The notes: a model not told the origin generated them from the letters alone. A stretch of 32,000 nt of DNA from Nostoc punctiforme PCC 73102 (GCF_000020025.1 NC_010628.1:1860001-1892000); one strand, 5' to 3'. Positions 15,245 to 24,688 are shown, counted from the stretch's first letter. Translations and numbers: made by a program.

Positions 15245-15703
15245 TTAAAGCAGATTAAATTCTGCGATCGCTATTGGAAAGTTTTTGCTTTCATGTCCTG
15301 GGCGGCTGAGTTTAATTAAGGCAAAACGCTGTAAGGGTGTTAAAGCTGCCCAATGTTGCGGTGTCAGATTTACACCTATTTCTTGAGCTTTTTCCTGGAG
15401 GCTAGGTGGTACAGTGCTAGAGTCTAGCCATGCAGGATGTGGCTCAATGGGTAATTTTGTAGCTGGTATACCTGTGCGTTCTAGAATTAATTGTTGAATA
15501 TGTTCGCGGTAAGACTGAATTTCCGTTTCTGTTGTGCAAGGTAACTCGACTAAAGCTTGACGCTCGGCTGTAGTCATTTGATTCCAATCAGATAGTTTTA
15601 GCTTAATGCCACAAGTATCTAAATTGCAACGCACCTGCATGGGGATACAACGAAGGGAATCAACAAAGTCTGCTTCAAATTGAAAAAAATATGTCATAGT
15701 CAA
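15245..15703 (-). CDS. narM: Nitrate reductase-associated protein (NarM-type)
   Basis: 152 aa beginning ..YFFQFEADFVDSLRCIPMQVRCNLDTCGIKLKLSDWNQMTTAERQALVELPC. This is the pattern I recall for the nitrate-reductase-associated family required for NarB activity in Synechococcus elongatus. It is on the same strand as narB, 1 kb downstream. Confidence 0.7.
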   Translation of the reverse strand: MTMTYFFQFEADFVDSLRCIPMQVRCNLDTCGIKLKLSDWNQMTTAERQALVELPCTTETEIQSYREHIQQLILERTGIPATKLPIEPHPAWLDSSTVPPSLQEKAQEIGVNLTPQHWAALTPLQRFALIKLSRPGHESKNFPIAIAEFNLL

Positions 15704-15943
15704 GTATTAAAAATTTGATTATTCTAAATTAACGATTTTTAAACATCAATAATTTTATATTTAACTTACAGAAATAACTAATTAAAAACAAGAGTTAACT
15801 AGCGATCGCACACTAATAATCTTTACCAAATTCAGTTTTGGCTGTTCTTAATTATAAGTATACTTTGTTGCTTGTGGTAAATTCAGCCAAAACTATATTT
15901 ATATACAAATAATACTCGAAAATATCTGAATTGATCTTTAATT

Positions 15944-16402
15944 TTAACGAGTGTTTCTGTCATTACTGAGACGAATTATCAAGTAACTAATTGATAAGGC
16001 GAGAATAGCTATTCCTAAACCAATTATATCAACACCTCCAACTTTTTCTAAATCAAGAATAATAATTTTTCTGGCTACGGCAATCAAAGAAGTGACAATA
16101 ACTAATTCAACCTGAAAAACGTGCTTTCGCAAATAAGCTGTGATATTTTCTAAAATTTCTAAAGCAATTAAAATATTCAAAAATAGCCCAAATATTTTAT
16201 ATAAGGTTGTGTTAAACTTAGCATAAGGGGCTGTCAATAACTCTCTAAAAATAAAAACTGCTAAGTCTCCGATTGCAACCAAAATTACAACTACCATAAA
16301 AATAGATAGAACTTTAGAAACTAGCACCTCTATGTTTTCAATGATGTGCATGAAGTTTTCATCTTTGGTAGCTCCGAGAATTTGCCTCATTAACTTTTTC
16401 AT
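15944..16402 (-). CDS. PsiE-like small integral membrane protein
   Basis: 152 aa from ATG 16402. The track start at 16411 is a GTG, and an AGGTG Shine-Dalgarno-like motif precedes the ATG. Four hydrophobic helices and the core LFLNILIALEILENI..VELVIVTSLIAVARKIIILD resemble the phosphate-starvation-inducible PsiE family. Confidence 0.6.
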   Translation of the reverse strand: MKKLMRQILGATKDENFMHIIENIEVLVSKVLSIFMVVVILVAIGDLAVFIFRELLTAPYAKFNTTLYKIFGLFLNILIALEILENITAYLRKHVFQVELVIVTSLIAVARKIIILDLEKVGGVDIIGLGIAILALSISYLIIRLSNDRNTR

Positions 16403-16420
16403 TTGCTGCACCTGATTTTT

Positions 16421-16457
16421 AAATAAAATAAAATCCTATAGATAAATCTAGAGGATT
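16421..16457 (-). terminator. Hairpin plus U-rich tract between narB and the PsiE-like gene (intrinsic-terminator-like)
   Basis: The minus-strand RNA reads AAUCCUCUAGA-UUUA-UCUAUAGGAUU (10 of 11 pairs), followed directly by UUAUUUUAUUU. It lies 230 nt after the narB stop and ends about 10 nt before the Shine-Dalgarno motif of the next gene. The stem is AU-rich and therefore weak. Confidence 0.35.
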
Positions 16458-16687
16458 AAAAAAAGATGATTTGTAAGTTTACTATCTGATTTTTATTCTT
16501 TCCCATAGCTTAACTTGGTGCTAGTAAAATCTCTGCTTACTAGAAATCTAGCCTCTTTATATATGGTAATTGCTATGAGTCAAGAGTAGAGAGCCATAAA
16601 AAATGATAATAACTATTGGTTATTTATTATTGACTAAATTACTTATTAGTGATTGTTAATTACCTCTTGAGAGATATACTTTGCACC

Positions 16688-18970
16688 TTAGCATTGTGAT
16701 GACTGGAATTGATAATCTTTGACTGCAACTTCTACAGAAATTGGAATCAGCTGCACAGCACAGGCTTTTAATTCTGGTTGCAGCGAATCCGGGCAAGATT
16801 CTGGATGGGTGAGGGCGTTAGCTTCGGCATTATCTGCCCATAATGAACCCCAGTGCATAGGGACAAAAACTGTACCAGGTGCGATCGCTTTTGTCACTTT
16901 AGCAGGAAATTGAGCTTTACCCCGACGCGATCGCACTTGCACACACTGATTATCTAAAATACCTAACTTCGCCGCATCACGGGGATGAATTTCGATAAAC
17001 GGTTCGGGGTGCATTTTGCAAATTTTTTCAATGCGACCGGTGCGTGTTTGGGTATGCCAATGTCCGTAAAGTCGCCCATTAGTTAGCACAAAAGGATAAT
17101 CTGGGTCTGGTGGTTCTGCCAATCCCTTTGAGTAATATGCCCCAAATTGAGCGCGTCCATCAGGGGTATGAAAGCGTAAATCAGTGTAAAGCCGTTTTCC
17201 CATTCTGAGTGTATGGTACTTACGCTTCTTCTCGGCTTCTTTGTCAGAGAAAGTTTCTTCTTCTGGCTGAAAACTTAAGAGTCCTGTTTCAGTATCGATA
17301 AATACTGACTCTACTTTCTTGGCTGGGTAAGGCCATTGAGTTGGGCCTTGTGTCAATTGCTCATGACTGATACCTGTCATATCGCAGGGGCGATTTTGAG
17401 TTAATTGGACGAATTCAGCATAAACTTCAGCCGAGTTAGCAAAGGCGAACTCTTTTTCAAAACCTAATCTCCGTCCAACTTCAGCGAAAATTTCCCAATC
17501 TGCTTTAGCTTCTCTTGGTGGTTGGCGAAATGCTTGACACAGAGTTACCACCCGTTCGGAGTTTGTCATCACACCAGTTTTTTCACCCCACTGGGCTGCT
17601 GGTAGCAAAACGTGAGCATAGGCAGAGGTTTCTGTGGGATAATAAGCATCTTGGTAAATGGTAAAAGGCGATCGCAACAACGCCTTCTTAGTTCGCTCCA
17701 AATCTGGCATACTTACAGCCGGATTAGTAGCTGCAATCCACAATAACCCGACAGCATCACTTTCCAAGCCAGTAATCATATCCCAAGCAGTCAAACCGGG
17801 ATTGGGTGAAATCTGTCCTGGTTTAAGTCCCCAAAACTCCTCAACTTCTGCGCGATGCTGAGGATTTTTCACAACCCGATAACCAGGTAATAAATGTGCC
17901 AAACCTCCGGCTTCGCGTCCTCCCATTGCATTCGGCTGACCAGTCAGGGAAAAAGGGCCAGCCCCAGGTTTGCCGATTTGTCCAGTCATCAGGTGCAGAT
18001 TGATGATAGTTCTTACCTTGGCTGTCCCTTCTGATGATTGATTCACACCCATCGACCACAAAGAAAGTACCCGCCTAGATTCACCCCAATAACGGGCTGC
18101 TGTTTCTAAATCTTCAATACTGATTCCGCATTGACGAGCTACCACTTCCGGGGAATAGTGGCGAATCACTTCAGCATAAGCGGGAAAGTTGCTGGTGCAG
18201 TCGTCCATGAACATGGTATCGATGTAGTTCCAGCGCATCAATAAGTGAGCGATACCGTTCAACAAATCGATATCTGTACCCGGACGAATGGCTAAATGTA
18301 AGTCGGCGGCTTCTGCGGTTGGCGTGCGTCGGGGATCGACCACAATCATTTTGACTTTGCGGTTCTTTTTGTGATATTTCTCTAGTCGGTTAAAAACGAT
18401 TGGATGACATTCGGCTGTATTAGTGCCTATTAAAAATGCACAGTCGGTTAACTCCAAGTCTTCATAACAGCAGGGCGGACCATCTGAGCCAAAACTTTGA
18501 ATGTACCCAGCCACAGCACTAGACATACATAAACGGGAGTTGGCATCAAAATTATTAGTACCCAGACAGCCTTTCATAAGCTTCTGGGCTATGTAGTAGT
18601 CTTCGGTTTGAAACTGACCGGAACCATACATACATAACGCTTCTGGCCCTTGGGTGAAGCGGACTGTTTGAATACGCTGCGTGATGAGATTAAAAGCTTC
18701 ATCCCAACTAACGCGCCGAAACTCTTGATCTAAAGAGTCTCGCACCATTGGGTAATGTAATCTATTTTTATCTAAAGATTCTGCGATCGTTGCGCCTTTG
18801 ACACAAACCATTCCTTGACTAGATGGATGGGCTTTATCGCCCCGCACCCGCCAAGTCGGATTTCCTTGACCATCTCGATTAGTTGCTTTGCCAAGTTGGG
18901 CTGGGGGTGAAACTTCTAGTCCACAGCCAACACCACAGTAAGGACAAAGAGTTTTGGTAAATTCACTCAT
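16688..18970 (-). CDS. narB: Assimilatory ferredoxin-dependent nitrate reductase (molybdopterin oxidoreductase)
   Basis: 760 aa with an N-terminal 4Fe-4S motif ([13 protein letters not shown]), bis-MGD oxidoreductase domains throughout and a C-terminal molybdopterin dinucleotide-binding barrel. It is the last gene of the nirA-nrtP-narB arrangement. Confidence 0.95.
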   Translation of the reverse strand: MSEFTKTLCPYCGVGCGLEVSPPAQLGKATNRDGQGNPTWRVRGDKAHPSSQGMVCVKGATIAESLDKNRLHYPMVRDSLDQEFRRVSWDEAFNLITQRIQTVRFTQGPEALCMYGSGQFQTEDYYIAQKLMKGCLGTNNFDANSRLCMSSAVAGYIQSFGSDGPPCCYEDLELTDCAFLIGTNTAECHPIVFNRLEKYHKKNRKVKMIVVDPRRTPTAEAADLHLAIRPGTDIDLLNGIAHLLMRWNYIDTMFMDDCTSNFPAYAEVIRHYSPEVVARQCGISIEDLETAARYWGESRRVLSLWSMGVNQSSEGTAKVRTIINLHLMTGQIGKPGAGPFSLTGQPNAMGGREAGGLAHLLPGYRVVKNPQHRAEVEEFWGLKPGQISPNPGLTAWDMITGLESDAVGLLWIAATNPAVSMPDLERTKKALLRSPFTIYQDAYYPTETSAYAHVLLPAAQWGEKTGVMTNSERVVTLCQAFRQPPREAKADWEIFAEVGRRLGFEKEFAFANSAEVYAEFVQLTQNRPCDMTGISHEQLTQGPTQWPYPAKKVESVFIDTETGLLSFQPEEETFSDKEAEKKRKYHTLRMGKRLYTDLRFHTPDGRAQFGAYYSKGLAEPPDPDYPFVLTNGRLYGHWHTQTRTGRIEKICKMHPEPFIEIHPRDAAKLGILDNQCVQVRSRRGKAQFPAKVTKAIAPGTVFVPMHWGSLWADNAEANALTHPESCPDSLQPELKACAVQLIPISVEVAVKDYQFQSSQC

Positions 18971-19028
18971 GGCAGTTGTACCATTTTGTTATTTTGATTG
19001 TGCAATCTCATCTTTTTAAACATCTTTA

Positions 19029-19125
19029 CTCTGCGTCTCTGTGGTTAAATAAATTATTTTTAAACCGCAGAGGCGCAGAGGAGGACACTTCTGTGCGGGG
19101 GTTCCCCCCGTTGAAAAAAGTGTCC
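19029..19125. repeat. Two adjacent repeat-derived hairpins in the nrtP-narB intercistronic spacer
   Basis: The arms CTCTGCGTCTCTGTGGTT (19029-19046) and AACCGCAGAGGCGCAGAG (19063-19080) are complementary at 16 of 18 positions. A second pair, GGACACTT (19083-19090) and AAGTGTCC (19118-19125), encloses CGGGGG-TT-CCCCCG. The motif CCGCAGAGGCGCA (19065-19077) recurs at 12587-12599. Confidence 0.55.
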
Positions 19126-19212
19126 GTCAGCGCTGAGAAAAAACTTCATGAGTTGCACTCACAAGACAAGATGAAAATATCTCTTGTAATGCTCGATTTT
19201 CAAAGGATAAGT

Positions 19213-20715
19213 CTATTCTTCAGTTAAGAAAACAGAGCTTTTAGTTGCAGTTTCTGATGCTTCACCTTCGTAGGCTGGAGCAAAGGAACCTTTTGGTTCT
19301 TTGAGGAAGAAGGCACACATAAAAGCACAGATTAGTGCAGCTATACCCATTGTGCTAAATAGTGTGGGAGCGTCGGTTAAGCTAAAAATTGTTAGGTAAA
19401 CTACGCCGCCAAAATTACCGTAAGCTCCGACATTGCCCGCAATTTGTCCAGTGGCTTCCTTTTTAATCATGGGTACGATGCTGTAGGTTGCACCGCAACC
19501 AGCTTGAGCAAAATAAGCGGCAAACATTGTAACTGCGATCGCTACTGGAATCGGCCAGTTACTATTAATAAAATGTGCCATCAAATAACTAACACCGATA
19601 CCAACGCTGATAATGGTCATCGTCCACTTACGCGAACCAAATTTATCAGAAATTAAACCACCACTAGGACGAGAAACCAAATTTAAGAAGGGATAGGTGG
19701 CAGCAATCATCCCAGCGACAACATGCTCTAAACCAAAGGTTTTCTCAAAAAATGCCGGGAGCATAGAAACGGCTGCCAGTTCGCTGCCAAAGTTGGTTAT
19801 GTAAGTGAATTCGAGTAAAGCTACTTGTCCAAATTGAAAGCGTTCAGATACAGGGTAAGTTTTCTTGCCAGTGAGAAGTTCTCGGTTTACCTGCCAAGCT
19901 TTATAACTTTGGTAAGCAAACAATCCTGCTAATACCAACCAAGTCAAATACATTTGACTCAGAGTTAGGAAGTGAATTTTCTTTTGTTCTAAGCGCCAAG
20001 CTAATAAACCCAAGGCGAAAATCAAACCAAAATTTGAGATCATCATCGCCCAGAAGCTTTTGATGCTAGTCACTTCTAGGGAACCATTCTTTTTAGGTTT
20101 CTTGTAGACTTTGCCTCTAGGCGTATCTTGGACAGTGTTGTAGTAAATTACGCCATAAATAGCAGTTATGATGCCTACAAGTGCGATCGCTAATCGCCAG
20201 TTAGAAGCACCACCAGAGAAAAAGCTAGTAGAAATTGCAAGTATCGGTAAGGCAAACTCTGCGCCAAAAGCTCCGAAGTTGCCCCAACCGCCATAAATGC
20301 CCTGAGCAATTCCCATCTCCTTTGGCTGGAACCATTCTGCCACCATGCGGATACCGACAACAAACCCAGACCCGACAATTCCCATCAGCAAACGACTGAT
20401 GACTAATTGATTAAAGTCTTGCGCTAGGGCTGTTGCTAAACAAGGAACTACTGCAAACATCAGCAAGATTGAGTAGGTGATTCTAGGACCAAAACGATCT
20501 AGAAGCATCCCAATGATTAACCGGGCGGGAATTGTGAGAGCGAGGTTACAGATGCCCAAGGTTTTGATTTGCTCAGGGGCTAAATGTAGTTCTTTGCCAA
20601 TGGTTGTAGCGAAGGGAGCAAAGTTAAACCAACAGACAAAGGTGAGAAAGAAAGCAAACCAAGTCTGATGTAAGATGCGGTAGCGATCGCTGAATGAAAA
20701 TAATTTTTTAAGCAT
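19213..20715 (-). CDS. nrtP: MFS-type nitrate/nitrite transporter (NrtP/NapA)
   Basis: About 12 predicted TM helices with the NNP-family signature region (GIAQGIYGGWGNFG, AGNVGAYGNFGG). It sits between nirA and narB, as in Nostoc punctiforme. The likely start is ATG 20715 (MLKKLFSFSDRY), because the track's longer 5' extension runs into an intergenic repeat. Confidence 0.9.
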   Translation of the reverse strand: MLKKLFSFSDRYRILHQTWFAFFLTFVCWFNFAPFATTIGKELHLAPEQIKTLGICNLALTIPARLIIGMLLDRFGPRITYSILLMFAVVPCLATALAQDFNQLVISRLLMGIVGSGFVVGIRMVAEWFQPKEMGIAQGIYGGWGNFGAFGAEFALPILAISTSFFSGGASNWRLAIALVGIITAIYGVIYYNTVQDTPRGKVYKKPKKNGSLEVTSIKSFWAMMISNFGLIFALGLLAWRLEQKKIHFLTLSQMYLTWLVLAGLFAYQSYKAWQVNRELLTGKKTYPVSERFQFGQVALLEFTYITNFGSELAAVSMLPAFFEKTFGLEHVVAGMIAATYPFLNLVSRPSGGLISDKFGSRKWTMTIISVGIGVSYLMAHFINSNWPIPVAIAVTMFAAYFAQAGCGATYSIVPMIKKEATGQIAGNVGAYGNFGGVVYLTIFSLTDAPTLFSTMGIAALICAFMCAFFLKEPKGSFAPAYEGEASETATKSSVFLTEE

Positions 20716-20781
20716 TCTAATTGAAGAGGTAAAGAAGTGCGGGAGATTGTAAAACTGTTGGGTTAGCTTGTTTATCGAACA

Positions 20782-20868
20782 AAGATCCCCCAACCCCCCC
20801 TTAAAAAGGGTGGCTATTTTCTTCCTTTACTCCCTTCTTAAAGGAGTCGCCACAGGTGGGGGGATCTT
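20782..20868. repeat. Hairpin repeat in the nirA-nrtP intercistronic spacer
   Basis: AAGATCCCCCAACC (20782-20795) and GGTGGGGGGATCTT (20855-20868) are complementary at 13 of 14 positions and flank 59 nt. That interior contains CCCTTAAAAAGGG, a motif typical of Nostoc intergenic repeats. Confidence 0.55.
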
Positions 20869-20888
20869 ATTTTTGGAAATAGCAGTTA

Positions 20889-22472
20889 CTAACCGCTAAT
20901 TACTAAGGCTTCTTGCTTGAGTTTTGCCCCAAAGTTTTTGATTAGTAAGTCTTGCAATAATGGCTGCAAGTCTTCGCACGGTACGCCTTTGGTAACGCAA
21001 GTTCCTAAATGAGCGTCTTTGCCGACTTTACCGCCCATATATATATCAACACCTTCCAAGGTTTTGCCATTTTTACGAGTTTTGGTTCCCATCAAGCCGA
21101 TGTCTGCAACTTGGGGCTGGCCGCAAGAGTTTGGGCAACCTGTCCAGTGAATTCGGACTGGATTGGTGAAGATTAAGTCTTCTTCTAAGGCTTTAATCAT
21201 TTCCAGGGCGCGGTTTTTGGTTTCGATGAGAGCGAAGTTGCAAAATTGTGCGCCTGTGCAAGATACTAGCGATCGCGCCAGTAAACCTGGATTAATAGAA
21301 AATCTTTCTAGCAACGGTTCTGTGAAAAATGTTGCTAACCGTGAGTCAGAAATGTTGGGGATAACGATGTTTTGCTCAACGGTAAAGCGGATTTCACCAC
21401 TGCCAAAAACTTCAGCTAGACGAGCGATTTCAAACATATCTTCGGCATACAGTCGCCCGACGGGAATATTTAAACCTGCGTAATTTAGCCCCGGTTGTTT
21501 TTGTTTATATACTCCGATGTGGTCGCGTTTTTCCCAGTCGATCTCGTCTTTTGCGGCTGCGGGTAATAACGATTTACCCAAACGAGTGTCTACTTCTGCT
21601 CGAAATTTTTCTAAACCCCATTCATCAATTAGCCACATCAAGCGGGATTTTTGCCGATTGGCACGCGGCCCGTGGTCACGAAAGACTTCTAAAACTGCTC
21701 TACATACAGCTACCACATCTTCTGGAGCCACCCAAGCATTTAGAGGAATCGCCGCCTCACAGCGTTTAGCTGAGAAAAAGCCACCTACGAGGATATTAAA
21801 GCCAAATATCGGTGGTTTAGAGAATTCTTGCCCATTCGCTTCCTTAAATGCGGGAACAAAAGCTAAATCATTAATTTCAGCGTGAACTGAATTGTCTCTT
21901 CCACCTGCGATCGCAATGTTAAATTTCCGTGGTAAGTTGCTAAACTCTGGGTTTCCTTCACCTTTGTTGGTGAGCATATCTTGAATCTGCTGTATCAACT
22001 CTCGTGTGTCGTACAACTCATCTGCATCCAACCCCGCCACCGGATCGCCTGTGATATTGCGGATGTTATCCATCCCTGATTGGATAGTGGTTAAACCAAC
22101 TGCGTGAAATCTATTAAAGATATCTGGTAAATCTTCAATTCTGATTCCCCGTAATTGGATATTCTGTCTGGTGGTAATATCGGCGCACCCATCATCTCCG
22201 TAACGCTGCACCACTTGGGCTAAAACACTCATCTGACTGCTGGTGAGAATACCATTAGGCATCCGTAACCGCATCATAAACTTGCCTGGGGTAACAGGGC
22301 GAAAAAATACGCCCACCCACTTGAGCCGATGATCGCGATCTGTTTCGTCCATTGCTTCCCAGCCCAAGGCGGCAAATTTCTCTATCTCATCCCTGATGGC
22401 GAGTCCATCTTTTTGCGCCTTGAATTTCTCGAATTTATTGAGGCTGGTAGTCGTAGTTGTTGTGTCTGTCAT
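20889..22472 (-). CDS. nirA: Ferredoxin-nitrite reductase
   Basis: The sulfite/nitrite reductase 4Fe-4S-siroheme family is recognisable (..SCTGAQFCNFALIETK.., ..WTGCPNSCGQPQVADIGLMG..). The N-terminus MTDTTTTTTSLNKFEKFKAQKDGL resembles Anabaena NirA, so ATG 22472 is preferred over the track's TTG at 22523. Confidence 0.95.
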   Translation of the reverse strand: MTDTTTTTTSLNKFEKFKAQKDGLAIRDEIEKFAALGWEAMDETDRDHRLKWVGVFFRPVTPGKFMMRLRMPNGILTSSQMSVLAQVVQRYGDDGCADITTRQNIQLRGIRIEDLPDIFNRFHAVGLTTIQSGMDNIRNITGDPVAGLDADELYDTRELIQQIQDMLTNKGEGNPEFSNLPRKFNIAIAGGRDNSVHAEINDLAFVPAFKEANGQEFSKPPIFGFNILVGGFFSAKRCEAAIPLNAWVAPEDVVAVCRAVLEVFRDHGPRANRQKSRLMWLIDEWGLEKFRAEVDTRLGKSLLPAAAKDEIDWEKRDHIGVYKQKQPGLNYAGLNIPVGRLYAEDMFEIARLAEVFGSGEIRFTVEQNIVIPNISDSRLATFFTEPLLERFSINPGLLARSLVSCTGAQFCNFALIETKNRALEMIKALEEDLIFTNPVRIHWTGCPNSCGQPQVADIGLMGTKTRKNGKTLEGVDIYMGGKVGKDAHLGTCVTKGVPCEDLQPLLQDLLIKNFGAKLKQEALVISG

Positions 22473-22727
22473 GAGGCTGACTCTCGTGAGAATTTGTGCT
22501 GCTAATTGCCCGATATCAATCAACCCGTAGTTCCATTAGGTGGTGTATCTACGAGGGTTAGGGAATAAAAATTTAATATTTGATTACGGCTGATTATTGT
22601 TACTCAAAAGTATTCCAACGTGAAACTTCAAATCCTTGCTTAGTTAAGGAAAACTTGTCGCCATTTACATCTGTAAAATTTGTCAAGCAGGTTTAGATAA
22701 TGTTCATGTAACAATTTCGATACTCAT

Positions 22728-22769
22728 AACTTAAGACGAGATTTCTGTTAAAATCGTATAAATTGTTAC
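22728..22769 (-). promoter_or_regulatory. NtcA-activated (class II type) promoter candidate for nirA
   Basis: A canonical NtcA box GTA-N8-TAC sits at 22756-22769 (GTATAAATTGTTAC). Exactly 22 nt downstream on the minus strand is a TAN3T -10 hexamer, TAAGTT (22733-22728). This implies a leader of about 250 nt. Confidence 0.6.
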
Positions 22770-22797
22770 GATTTTTTAGTAAAATTGCTGAAAATGG

Positions 22798-22812
22798 ATG
22801 CATAATATGCAT
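22798..22812 (-). promoter_or_regulatory. LysR-type T-N11-A dyad, candidate NtcB site upstream of the nirA NtcA box
   Basis: ATGCATAATATGCAT contains TGCA-N5-TGCA within T-N11-A (22799-22811). It is centred about 42 bp upstream of the NtcA-box centre, and a third TGCAT lies at 22818-22822. Confidence 0.35.
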
Positions 22813-22902
22813 TTTTTGCATCAAGGTCGGCTAATGAGCCACTTAAAGCGCTTGATAAAGAGTGTTTGACATGATCTAAGCGGTTTTGGATTGCCATAGA
22901 TT

Positions 22903-22926
22903 AATCCAAAATCCAAAATCCAAAAT
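22903..22926. repeat. Heptamer tandem repeat (AATCCAA x3.4) in the leader of the Rieske gene
   Basis: AATCCAA AATCCAA AATCCAA AAT. The first unit also pairs with TTTTGGATT (22884-22892) to give a 9-bp hairpin. Confidence 0.7.
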
Positions 22927-22938
22927 TGAGTGGCAATT

Positions 22939-23349
22939 ATGAAACGTCGTGATTTTATTAATTGGGTAGGTTTGGGTTTGATAGCGAGTTCTCTACCTGT
23001 AGCGATCGCAGCTTGTTCTTCCCAAACACCTTCTGCATCTGGAGATTGGCAAACAGTAGGCACTTCGGCAGAATTAGATAAAACTGGTCAATTGTTGGCT
23101 AAAAACTCACCTGCTGGGCCTGTGTTGGTAGTCGGTACATCTAAAGCCGCAATGACAGCTGTTAACCCTACCTGTACTCACGCAGGTTGCACCGTAGCAT
23201 GGAAAGCTGAGGCAAAAAAATTCGCTTGTCCCTGTCATGGCTCAGAATATGGGGTTGATGGTAAGGTGCTAAAAGGCCCAGCTACAGAAGCGCTTAAAAC
23301 TTACGCCGCCAAAATTGAAGGTAATTCAGTTGTAGTCAAGCCAACTTAA
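22939..23349 (+). CDS. petC3: Small Tat/lipoprotein-type Rieske [2Fe-2S] protein (PetC3-like)
   Basis: The signal is twin-arginine (MKRRDFINWVGLGLIASSLPVAIAAC) with a lipobox Cys. The Rieske motifs are CTHAGC and CPCHGS. It is divergent from nirA, as I recall for all0606 (PetC3) in Anabaena PCC 7120. ATG 22939 is preferred over GTG 22930. Confidence 0.8.
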   Translation: MKRRDFINWVGLGLIASSLPVAIAACSSQTPSASGDWQTVGTSAELDKTGQLLAKNSPAGPVLVVGTSKAAMTAVNPTCTHAGCTVAWKAEAKKFACPCHGSEYGVDGKVLKGPATEALKTYAAKIEGNSVVVKPT

Positions 23350-23366
23350 ACAATATAATTCAGGGT

Positions 23367-24665
23367 ATGGTGAGTAATATCAACCAGCTTTTGGTGCAAG
23401 CCCAGACAGCATATAATGCAGCTGATTGGTCATCACTGATTCAATATTTACAACAATTAGTTTTAGGGTCAGACTCACAACATCCAGAGGTAGTTAAAAA
23501 TCGAGAATATCTGCTAACATTAGCAATTTCAGTGTTAGAGATGGGAGATTTTCAACAACGCTGGGAAATCACCAAAGTTTTGACTCACTTGGGAAATATT
23601 GCTATTCCACCACTCATTGACATCTTAGAAGATGAAGATGCAGAGGAAGAATTACGCTGGTATGCAGCACGGACTTTGGGTGAATTTCAGCAGCCAGAAG
23701 CGATCGCACCCTTAGTTGAATTGTTGAAAACTGATGAGGATGAAGAACTCAAAGCGATCGCAGCCACAGCACTAGGACAAATGGGTACTGTTGCGATCGC
23801 TGCCCTATCTGAACTCCTGAAACAAGAAGATACAAGGCTTTTAGCAGTGCGATCGCTTTCCTGTATTCCCCAAACAGAAACCATCACACCACTGTTGAGT
23901 GTAGTGCAAGATTCACAAGCCACAATCCGCACTGCTGCAATTGAAGCCCTCAGCAGTTTTCATGACGAACGTATACCAACAGTTTTGTTAAACGCTTTGA
24001 ATGATATTGCTGCTACAGTTAGGCGTGCAGCAGCCCTTGGTTTAGGTTTTCGCCCCGATTTGCGCGAAGCATTAGATTTGGTAACAAGACTGCAACCCAA
24101 GCTTTACGACTTTAACCTTGATGTTTGTTGTGCAGCCGCAGTTTCCCTTTCTCGGATGGGTTGTAATGACGCTGCAAAACATTTATTTGATTTGTTGATT
24201 TCACCCCAAACATCAACAAAGCTGCAATTAAAAACCATCCGCGCTTTAAGTTGGGTGGGTACACCATCTAGTTTGGAATATTTGCAAACAGCATTTAATC
24301 AAATCACTTCAGAGACACTTTGGCAAGAAATTGCCACCGTTTTGGGGCGAGTACAAAAGCCGCAAACTACACAAGCGGTAGAAATATTATTGCAAATACT
24401 GCGATTGCAGCATCCAGCCACAGAGATTGTCAACATCAAAAGTGCGATCGCTTTATCTTTAGGGCAGTTAGGCGAAATACAAGCTATTGAACCATTGATT
24501 TCACTGCTAGCTGATTCTAATGCATCGGTGAGACTGCACGCGATCGCTGCACTCAAAAATCTGGATAGTGAAGTTGCACATCAAAAATTGCAGCAATTAG
24601 CAAATAACACCGCACTCACACCAGATTTGCAACAAGGAATAGCGATCGCTTTGGCTGAGTGGTAA
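23367..24665 (+). CDS. nirB: HEAT-repeat (PBS-lyase-like) protein; NirB-equivalent by position
   Basis: 432 aa made of repeated units of the form ..AI..LI..L.D.D..VR..AA.AL... It starts 17 nt after the Rieske gene and lies between nirA and ntcB, the position of nirB (all0605) in Anabaena PCC 7120. The nirB assignment rests on synteny only. Confidence 0.65.
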   Translation: MVSNINQLLVQAQTAYNAADWSSLIQYLQQLVLGSDSQHPEVVKNREYLLTLAISVLEMGDFQQRWEITKVLTHLGNIAIPPLIDILEDEDAEEELRWYAARTLGEFQQPEAIAPLVELLKTDEDEELKAIAATALGQMGTVAIAALSELLKQEDTRLLAVRSLSCIPQTETITPLLSVVQDSQATIRTAAIEALSSFHDERIPTVLLNALNDIAATVRRAAALGLGFRPDLREALDLVTRLQPKLYDFNLDVCCAAAVSLSRMGCNDAAKHLFDLLISPQTSTKLQLKTIRALSWVGTPSSLEYLQTAFNQITSETLWQEIATVLGRVQKPQTTQAVEILLQILRLQHPATEIVNIKSAIALSLGQLGEIQAIEPLISLLADSNASVRLHAIAALKNLDSEVAHQKLQQLANNTALTPDLQQGIAIALAEW

Positions 24666-24688
24666 ATTCTCTCAAAGATGATGGAGAG

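Noticed and set aside
18976-19227. 83-aa ORF in the nrtP-narB spacer
   Set aside because: It is made of the two repeat hairpins and lies on the opposite strand to the operon.
22473-22523. Longer nirA start (TTG 22523), and likewise the long track starts for nrtP (20793), cnaT (GTG 27038), the HTH gene (25838), the Rieske gene (GTG 22930) and the PsiE-like gene (GTG 16411)
   Set aside because: The extensions translate intergenic repeats or leader sequence. Internal ATG codons give N-termini that match the expected family starts or signal peptides.
22708-22723. Second possible NtcA box, GTAACAATTTCGATAC, in the nirA upstream region
   Set aside because: The spacing is GTA-N10-TAC rather than N8. 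It also falls at the predicted transcription start of the better site, so it is not counted as an NtcA box.
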